NCBI GenBank assembly: GCA_002633005.1 | Contig: NMRA01000863.1 | Span: 23,600 to 87,599 of the forward strand | Length of the DNA stretch: 64,000 nt | Source of the DNA: Phoronis australis | Lineage: Eukaryota > Animalia > Phoronida | Direction: 5' to 3' | Part shown: piece after piece, positions 51,892 to 61,043 of the stretch | Layout: every line of letters starts with the position of its first letter | How positions within the stretch are numbered: position 1 is the stretch's first letter | The notes under the pieces: generated by a model | What the model was told of the DNA's origin: nothing | Seen by the model: the letters and a program-made list of their open reading frames with translations, nothing else | The model's database searches: none | Position numbers and translations under genes: made by a program

Positions 51892-54800
51892 ACGTCAACC
51901 TGGAAATGTGTGTGTAATCTCCCACACAGACCCACGAGATTGGTTGCCTTCACAAGCAATGCGTGACGTCAGCTTGTGAGGCCCGGGAACCAGGTTAAAT
52001 GTGTGTGGTGCGTGTATTTTTACACAGCCTGGCCCAGCCGTGCAGTCGTCAATTTTGGTGTGTGTTAAGGTGCAGACGTCAACCTGGAAATGTGTGTGTA
52101 ATCTCCCACACAGACCCACGAGATTGGTTGCCTTCACAAGCAATGCGTGACGTCAGCTTGTGAGGCCCGGGAACCAGGTTAAATGTGTGTGGTGCGTGTA
52201 TTTTTACACAGCCTGGCCCAGCCGTGCAGTCGTCAATTTTGGTGTGTGTTAAGGTGCAGACGTCAACCTGGAAATGTGTGTGTAATCTCCCACACAGACC
52301 CACGAGATTGGTTGCCTTCACAAGCAATGCGTGACGTCAGCTTGTGAGGCCCGGGAACCAGGTTAAATGTGTGTGGTGCGTGTATTTTTACACAGCCTGG
52401 CCCAGCCGTGCAGTCGTCAATTTTGGTGTGTGTTAAGGTGCAGACGTCAACCTGGAAATGTGTGTGTAATCTCCCACACAGACCCACGAGATTGGTTGCC
52501 TTCACAAGCAATGCGTGACGTCAGCTTGTGAGGCCCGGGAACCAGGTTAAATGTGTGTGGTGCGTGTATTTTTACACAGCCTGGCCCAGCCGTGCAGTCG
52601 TCAATTTTGGTGTGTGTTAAGGTGCAGACGTCAACCTGGAAATGTGTGTGTAATCTCCCACACAGACCCACGAGATTGGTTGCCTTCACAAGCAATGCGT
52701 GACGTCAGCTTGTGAGGCCCGGGAACCAGGTTAAATGTGTGTGGTGCGTGTATTTTTACACAGCCTGGCCCAGCCGTGCAGTCGTCAATTTTGGTGTGTG
52801 TTAAGGTGCAGACGTCAACCTGGAAATGTGTGTGTAATCTCCCACACAGACCCACGAGATTGGTTGCCTTCACAAGCAATGCGTGACGTCAGCTTGTGAG
52901 GCCCGGGAACCAGGTTAAATGTGTGTGGTGCGTGTATTTTTACACAGCCTGGCCCAGCCGTGCAGTCGTCAATTTTGGTGTGTGTTAAGGTGCAGACGTC
53001 AACCTGGAAATGTGTGTGTAATCTCCCACACAGACCCACGAGATTGGTTGCCTTCACAAGCAATGCGTGACGTCAGCTTGTGAGGCCCGGGAACCAGGTT
53101 AAATGTGTGTGGTGCGTGTATTTTTACACAGCCTGGCCCAGCCGTGCAGTCGTCAATTTTGGTGTGTGTTAAGGTGCAGACGTCAACCTGGAAATGTGTG
53201 TGTAATCTCCCACACAGACCCACGAGATTGGTTGCCTTCACAAGCAATGCGTGACGTCAGCTTGTGAGGCCCGGGAACCAGGTTAAATGTGTGTGGTGCG
53301 TGTATTTTTACACAGCCTGGCCCAGCCGTGCAGTCGTCAATTTTGGTGTGTGTTAAGGTGCAGACGTCAACCTGGAAATGTGTGTGTAATCTCCCACACA
53401 GACCCACGAGATTGGTTGCCTTCACAAGCAATGCGTGACGTCAGCTTGTGAGGCCCGGGAACCAGGTTAAATGTGTGTGGTGCGTGTATTTTTACACAGC
53501 CTGGCCCAGCCGTGCAGTCGTCAATTTTGGTGTGTGTTAAGGTGCAGACGTCAACCTGGAAATGTGTGTGTAATCTCCCACACAGACCCACGAGATTGGT
53601 TGCCTTCACAAGCAATGCGTGACGTCAGCTTGTGAGGCCCGGGAACCAGGTTAAATGTGTGTGGTGCGTGTATTTTTACACAGCCTGGCCCAGCCGTGCA
53701 GTCGTCAATTTTGGTGTGTGTTAAGGTGCAGACGTCAACCTGGAAATGTGTGTGTAATCTCCCACACAGACCCACGAGATTGGTTGCCTTCACAAGCAAT
53801 GCGTGACGTCAGCTTGTGAGGCCCGGGAACCAGGTTAAATGTGTGTGGTGCGTGTATTTTTACACAGCCTGGCCCAGCCGTGCAGTCGTCAATTTTGGTG
53901 TGTGTTAAGGTGCAGACGTCAACCTGGAAATGTGTGTGTAATCTCCCACACAGACCCACGAGATTGGTTGCCTTCACAAGCAATGCGTGACGTCAGCTTG
54001 TGAGGCCCGGGAACCAGGTTAAATGTGTGTGGTGCGTGTATTTTTACACAGCCTGGCCCAGCCGTGCAGTCGTCAATTTTGGTGTGTGTTAAGGTGCAGA
54101 CGTCAACCTGGAAATGTGTGTGTAATCTCCCACACAGACCCACGAGATTGGTTGCCTTCACAAGCAATGCGTGACGTCAGCTTGTGAGGCCCGGGAACCA
54201 GGTTAAATGTGTGTGGTGCGTGTATTTTTACACAGCCTGGCCCAGCCGTGCAGTCGTCAATTTTGGTGTGTGTTAAGGTGCAGACGTCAACCTGGAAATG
54301 TGTGTGTAATCTCCCACACAGACCCACGAGATTGGTTGCCTTCACAAGCAATGCGTGACGTCAGCTTGTGAGGCCCGGGAACCAGGTTAAATGTGTGTGG
54401 TGCGTGTATTTTTACACAGCCTGGCCCAGCCGTGCAGTCGTCAATTTTGGTGTGTGTTAAGGTGCAGACGTCAACCTGGAAATGTGTGTGTAATCTCCCA
54501 CACAGACCCACGAGATTGGTTGCCTTCACAAGCAATGCGTGACGTCAGCTTGTGAGGCCCGGGAACCAGGTTAAATGTGTGTGGTGCGTGTATTTTTACA
54601 CAGCCTGGCCCAGCCGTGCAGTCGTCAATTTTGGTGTGTGTTAAGGTGCAGACGTCAACCTGGAAATGTGTGTGTAATCTCCCACACAGACCCACGAGAT
54701 TGGTTGCCTTCACAAGCAATGCGTGACGTCAGCTTGTGAGGCCCGGGAACCAGGTTAAATGTGTGTGGTGCGTGTATTTTTACACAGCCTGGCCCAGCCG

Positions 54801-55175
54801 TGCAGTCGTCAATTTTGGTGTGTGTTAAGGTGCAGACGTCAACCTGGAAATGTGTGTGTAATCTCCCACACAGACCCACGAGATTGGTTGCCTTCACAAG
54901 CAATGCGTGACGTCAGCTTGTGAGGCCCGGGAACCAGGTTAAATGTGTGTGGTGCGTGTATTTTTACACAGCCTGGCCCAGCCGTGCAGTCGTCAATTTT
55001 GGTGTGTGTTAAGGTGCAGACGTCAACCTGGAAATGTGTGTGTAATCTCCCACACAGACCCACGAGATTGGTTGCCTTCACAAGCAATGCGTGACGTTAG
55101 CTTGTGAGGCCCGGGAACCAGGTTAAATGTGTGTGGTGCGTGTATTTTTACACAGCCTGGCCCAGCCGTGCAGTC
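51892..55175. repeat. Tandem satellite, 184-bp unit x ~17.8, essentially identical
   Basis: Exact 184-bp period, also seen in the identical ORF-track peptides. The only variant I saw is GACGTTAG for GACGTCAG in the last unit (~55098). Confidence 0.97.
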
Positions 55176-57489
55176 ACAGGTCCTTACAAATGTGCCTTGT
55201 TCACTGAACTCCTGAATACGCTTACACGAACACGTGAGCGTTGCGTCGACCAAAAGTTCTGTATATGTACATTCGAGATCAAAACACTCCGCATAGGAAA
55301 CAAAGTTGTAATTTGTAATGGAACCATAAAAAACACTTAAGAAAACAAAATTTGAGTGCTTGTTAAAAGGAAATCTTGGCAAGAAAAGTCATTTTCTGTG
55401 ATCAGTCTCAGCGCGAAAACGAACATGCGACAGTCATTTAACGTTCTGCTGGTGAAACTACAGTAAATCTCACTCGATAGATGGCAGTGTATCTTTACCG
55501 TGAAGTCACTGGCCTTCTTTTCAGCGAATATCACACATCGGCTAACAGTGGCCATTTTTAATGAAACCATAGAACATAAGGTATAACATATATGGAAGTT
55601 GCTGAAGAAGCAGTTTTTTTTTTGGAAACAAACATCAAAAGAACATTTTACACTATTGGGAAGTTGATATACATAAACTTACTTTTACATGAGTGTAACT
55701 GGTGTCAAACTTATCAGGACAATAACCTCGTCAATGAATTAAAGTATGCATGCGCGTACGTCACACAAAATAACTGGAACTCTTTCGATGAATAACGATG
55801 ATTTGTAAAAAGTCTCGAATCACCCTCAAATAATGGAAATGCGGGCAATCAAAATATTTTTAAAGGCAATTTCCGAGTATTTCAGGCGACGACTTTGCGC
55901 AAAGAATACATGCTTCAAAACACTGAAACAACCCGACTGGTGATACAACGGGAATTACATGTCCTTGTTGAATAATGCTTTTATCATTGACTGATAATAC
56001 TAATCATGACCTACAGGTGAAAGGTCGTGTTTTTTATGAACTCTCCAAAACAGGGTTCATTCTTGTTTTTTGAGGCAACCAATCCTCGCCCTGCTAATGC
56101 ATCGTTGACATCTCACTTGAATGACAAAAAGGAAAATCAAGTAAAAACGCGTACATGATGTACTCATTCTGTCAGAGAATGGGTGAAATGTTTTTGGTGT
56201 TGGGTCATTGCCCACAGTGGTTGCTTAACTCTCCTAAAACATAATCATTATTTCCCCTTGATCAGATTTTGCCGCGGAAGTAGTTTTCAAAATTTACTCT
56301 TGACTTTTGACGATGGACAAGGTGTAGGAAGCATTATTTTGTTTCATACAGCTGCTTGGGTAAGTCGCTTGTAGTACCTGTTAATAAGACAGAACTGGGC
56401 TCAGTATCTCTTTTAATAAGTACGATAAGAGATTTTATTCAAGAGCTGGCGAGTTAAGTATAAGGGGGACGGAAGTTGAATCTTAGGCGAACGAGTCTCC
56501 GGCTAGCCAAGCTCTGCAACCACCGAATTACTCCAAAGATCCACAGATAAGTCAGTGAGCGGTCAAACAAACTTAAAGTTTTTGGTGGATTGGTCTACTT
56601 TATGGTTCTCGTTCCAGATTTTTATATTTATCTCAGGTAGTAACGGCCATAAGCCTACAGTAGAGCACCTTTTCCAGCAAAACAACAACACCTCAGAGGA
56701 ACAGTTACAAAAATATATACAATGGCAATCACTTTTTTCCTTTTCCCTTTTTGAATCTTTTATATGTAGGTCGTAGCTTTGCTATTAATTCGACGATGTG
56801 CTTGGCAACTGTCGCCCACTCACTCCTACCTGTTGCACCTCATTGTTGATAGCAGTTCGTAAATCATTCGCTAGGAGGGCGCTACCGGTCGCACAAAACA
56901 GTATACTGTAAATAATACTTTCGAACAAATTGCCTCTGAAAGAGCATTTTGAAAAATCCCATGTAAGACGCTCATTTGAGACAAATGACATTTTTTCTCA
57001 ATTTCAATTTGCTTTCAAACGAACTCAAATAAAGAAAGAAGGAACTGGAATTTTAAACATCTTTTAGCGACTTAAAAATATGCTAAGGAGGTTAGACTTT
57101 CAACTTAGTTATACATTTTTACCCGATAATTTAAACTTGACACTGTATTCCAAGTTTTGTTTGCGACGATGAAGACAGTATGTTGGTTCAACAGTGTTAT
57201 TGATCGTGCCAATTTCTATTTTTGTGTCGATGGAGTAACAAAAAATGTTTTCACCGTTACTTAGAATTTGCTGCCAATTTGGCGAATGGACTTCTTTCGA
57301 TTTGCGCTTGCTATTCAAATGTTGTTACTCCTTTTGTTGTTCAAGCCTCGTTTCAGAGGTAAATTAATATTAATGAGTTCTTTAAGGGCTATATATATGT
57401 GTGTGTCGAGAGGCCTGCATGCAGTTCACATCATATGCACAGAACTAACTTTGTGGTGTACTAGGCATATGTAAACACTGCTGACGATT

Positions 57490-58791
57490 ATGGCAAGAGG
57501 CGCACCAGAAATGCTGGATCTGTCATTGGCTTTTGTGGACAAAGCTAGCTGCAAAACGTTTTTCAAAAAATTTCAAAAGTGTTTGCCTCAAGATGCAGCT
57601 GTCAGCGTTCTGGCCCTGGAATGCTTGCTACGCATGGATGAAGATTCAAAATTCAGTTTCCATACGTCATCCGCGACGGAATTGCATGGCATCGTACAAA
57701 GATGGTTTGAACGACTTTACAACAAATACCGAGGAAAAGAACTGACTAATGAGAGAAAAAATGTATTGAATCTGGCTAACTGTCTGGTTACCTTCAAACA
57801 TCCTGGTTTTGCATTTAAGAGAGACCCAAACTTAACGCTTAATGAAAAGGAAGACTACACAGATCTGTTTGAGTGGTTCACTAAACCAGATGATGATAAG
57901 AAAGCGACCATGTTCAAGGTACTGGACGCAGTCGGCAGTCAGAAAGATCCACTCATTGCTGCGCTGGCTTTGCAAGGACTTCACTCTGTTGGAAATGATT
58001 TTGTGCCAGGTAAAATTGGTTTAAATGACTGTAGCCAGACCGAAAAGTTCCGAGAACTTCTACGACGCATGTGTCGCGAATCGCCATGTCCTTACCAGGA
58101 CCATAAGTTCCTCATGAAAAAGGTTCTCAAGGCTCTTACTATTTTCACTGTTCTTGAAGTTCCCTTATTCATCGACCTCTACGGTGTAAAGAGGAGCCTA
58201 CACGACTATGGTTCACCTGAGGTCATAGATATCAACGGCGATACACCAATTTGCCATGCTGCTCATCAAGAGACGGCTGACAAGATCGTAGCAGATCGTG
58301 CGTTCAAACCAAGTGATAATAAGAACATCGTCCCAGGTGTATGGTTTGGACTTAACAGTGAAACAAGTGAGTTCGGATCGGTTAGCTTTAAAACAAAGCT
58401 GACAAACCTCGGCGTTAAAGGACTGCACCAAGGCGAGATTGTCGAATATGATCATGAAGTCAACGTAATCCTGTACGCCCACCGGCGAGAGGGTGGAAGT
58501 TTCGAAGGATTAAAAAAACCTTCGGATTCCGATGTGAAGAGAAGAAACGGTCAACGGGCTTTTGTTCACGTGTCAATATTTGTGCCAGAACTTGGTCCTG
58601 TATGGACTGAGATGTTCAACGTTCGACACTCGGAAGTATGCTTATCACATTTCAGACCAAGAGGAATGTCTGGGACATGCAAAGAAGTTTTGGAGGATAG
58701 AAAGAGACTGGCCACGCAGAGAGAAGATTTAGACGAGTTGGCTTCAAAGCTTGGAGTTTCATGGGATTCCGACGACGAGGACGTTGAATAG
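57490..58791 (+). CDS. Uncharacterised 433-aa protein; duplicated helical N-terminal unit + putative ADP-ribosyltransferase-fold (PHYHIP-C/Gig2-like) domain
   Basis: Longest uninterrupted non-TE ORF. Motifs ICHAAH..A..I..FKPS..PGVWFG..SEFG..F..L..EIVEYDHE..ILYAH..HVSIF. CTAAC..TAG acceptor-like site at 57445-57464 just upstream of the ATG; AATAAA at ~59129 and ~59260. Confidence refers to the CDS; the domain call is by-eye and less certain. Confidence 0.8.
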   Translation: MARGAPEMLDLSLAFVDKASCKTFFKKFQKCLPQDAAVSVLALECLLRMDEDSKFSFHTSSATELHGIVQRWFERLYNKYRGKELTNERKNVLNLANCLVTFKHPGFAFKRDPNLTLNEKEDYTDLFEWFTKPDDDKKATMFKVLDAVGSQKDPLIAALALQGLHSVGNDFVPGKIGLNDCSQTEKFRELLRRMCRESPCPYQDHKFLMKKVLKALTIFTVLEVPLFIDLYGVKRSLHDYGSPEVIDINGDTPICHAAHQETADKIVADRAFKPSDNKNIVPGVWFGLNSETSEFGSVSFKTKLTNLGVKGLHQGEIVEYDHEVNVILYAHRREGGSFEGLKKPSDSDVKRRNGQRAFVHVSIFVPELGPVWTEMFNVRHSEVCLSHFRPRGMSGTCKEVLEDRKRLATQREDLDELASKLGVSWDSDDEDVE

Positions 58792-60159
58792 AACTATTAA
58801 CCTCGGAACTCTAGCTCTGGAATGCCAACTCCCCCGCGTGACCAATGTATCCTACAGGAGAGCTTGCGACCCCGAGATTCATTAGCCGCACTTCGAAATT
58901 TCCAACTGTTTACTTGACTGAGGTGTGATAGAGTGTTACGGTTATCAAATCAAAACTAATGTTGCTTGGAGTTTTTCAACAAGACATTTTGTGCGTTAAA
59001 ATAACTGTGTTTTATGGAAAGAAGTGAAATTTGGTGTCTGTGTGTTTGTTCTGCAATTATAAATGAAAAGTTTAGCACTTGACTGAACTTACTTTGTGTT
59101 GTTAAGTGTGTGTGTTTGTGTTTGCAGAAATAAAATTGCTCTTTTCAATATTTTTATAATAAGTCGTTTGTGCAACAAATCTCTGTTGACGAGGTAATTC
59201 TTTGATAATTTGATTTCTGAGCAGTGGACGCTATCTGTATTATTTACCTATACCTGTGAAATAAAATTCAAAAAGCGGAAAGTTTACCTTTTAAAAATTC
59301 CAATCCAATAAGTTGTGTTGCTGACTACGTACATTGTTTCTGCCAATTGCCCTGCGTTGGGCGATCTATGCCATTTTTTCTATTTTTTCTCGCTTTGTCG
59401 CCTTTCGACACACGTCGACACTGACATATTTTCATATAGTGCTGTATATTCCCAACTTTCTTTCAAAAGCTATGCCAGTTAGAGATAAAATAACGAATGT
59501 CTTAATTCAGTGTGTATCTGTTGACTTTGTGTATATATTGTTGAAATGTGGTTTTGGACCGGAGGGTTGGTGAATCACAATAAAATCTATCTATTCTAAT
59601 TGCAGTCTGTAATTTCAAACGCACAATACCAATATATGTTCCTATTCGAATAAAACGAAAAAACAGGACGTTCCATGGGGTTTTGAGGCACTCGCAATTG
59701 CGCACACGACTTACAAAAATCGCCGTCTGGCGCTTTTGGATGCAACGTCTCCCATTTGACAAAAGACGCTGTTAGAAATTTTGTGCGTGTTGTGCGCTTG
59801 CATTGTGGCATAGACTCAGATGTCCCGCTTTTTATCCGGAAGTCCTACTTTTCGATCCAGTTGTACCGTTTTTTCATTCTAGAATTTTGACAACTTTAGA
59901 ACAGGTGTTCGTTTGTCTCTTTGTCATGATAATTGTTATTTTCCAGGGGAGTCTTATTTCATTAGTAACATAACAATCATAAAAACTTGTTGCATTGTCT
60001 CACGTTTACGGTGAAATACACTGCATGTGGCAGGATACTTCTGAAGAAAATAGTTCATTTATAAATTACTATTTAAAGCCTGACAATGCAACCTATATAA
60101 TGATCCATCCACAGTACATTTCAAACATACACAATAGATGTTTGCTCATTTTTATCTTT

Positions 60160-60785
60160 CAGAAGGCCTTTATCTTCAAATTTCAGATAGGTTGTAGGAG
60201 TAATTAGTTCATCACATTTCTGTAAAAGTCACCGCATCCTGTATTTTTAATGAAGAATTGTATCAAACGGCACTAAAGATTTAATTAACGTATGAAGATG
60301 TAGGATTTTGGATGAATGCCTGACTAAATTCCTCACAACACAAATAACCTTGTACGGAGGTCGCACGGTATCGTTTAACTTGCGACATCCATACGACGGG
60401 CGTAAGCGGGTCGCTTAGGTATGACCTATAGAATGCTACCATTGTTTTTCCTTGTTTTATTTCTATTGGAAATAACAATTCAGGTAAAAAGGATATCGCA
60501 CCTTAGGCGCACATCAGACGGTTACCGATAAATGTTTGCCGTTATATTTATTGTAACAAAAAACAAAACAGATACTCTAATCTTCCGATTTCCATGCAAA
60601 CCGCTGGCGACCTAGTTTCTTGTGAGTATGAATCACTGAAATTATTTCTCTGCTGATTTAATTAGTCACTTATGTAACCTATCTGGTTCAATACTTGGTT
60701 CTGTCACTATTATATCAAGTTATCTTTCGCATTTTGGTAACACTCTTGGTTTGTAGAATTAAAAGAGTTCTTTGGTTTAACCAAA
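60160..60785. repeat. Diverged homolog of 24540-25030 (intron-2 region of paralog 2)
   Basis: Shared in order: GGAGTAATTAGT..TGTAAAAGT, TTTTTAATGAAGAAT, TTTTGGATGAATGCCTGACTAAATT, TAGTCACTTATRTAACCT, TTTCGCATTTTGGYAACACTCTTGG. Confidence 0.75.
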
Positions 60786-60972
60786 ATGAAATTCGCTGAA
60801 CACTCAGTACAGATATTTGTGAGCCAGGAGTGCACTGCTATGTGGGACATTATGTATTATGTAGTACATTTGAATGAGCGTACACAAAATATTAATACAT
60901 GTATATCTCACTTTCACAAAGGATATGATACGCATAGATACGTGCTTTACGCATGTATTAAAGAGGTCAAGG

Positions 60973-61043
60973 ACATGGGCGGCGCAGCACTGAAAAAAAG
61001 GGGGGCCTAAGGCCCCTCAGCCCCCTGTGGTGCACCGCCTATA
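60973..61043. mobile_element. ~70-bp mini-MITE, also nested in the P-like elements (18481-18550, ~42688-42758)
   Basis: CATGGGCGGCGCAGCACTG...CCCCTCAGCCCCCTGTGGTGCACCGCCTATA; inverted ends; three related copies in the window. Confidence 0.6.

Larger units (their letters stand above)
46404..55183. mobile_element. Composite insertion: possible PIF/Harbinger-like MITE carrying the 184-bp array, with Gypsy nested inside
   Basis: TTA (or CTTA) duplicated at 46401-46403 and 55184-55186; empty site TTTTCTTACAAATG at 24005-24018. Imperfect ends AAACCAGTGCC vs GGACCTGTGAC (reverse complement). The interval contains assembly Ns. Confidence 0.45.

Noticed and set aside
52051-52058. Spliced-leader or snRNA gene array suggested by AATTTTGG
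   Set aside because: No recognisable leader + GT donor layout or snRNA sequence; an 8-mer alone is insufficient. Kept only as a note in the structure finding.
51895-55382. Eighteen or so identical 82-aa ORFs
   Set aside because: Artefact of the 184-bp period (not a multiple of 3) and non-ATG starts; the ORFs overlap each other and show no protein features.
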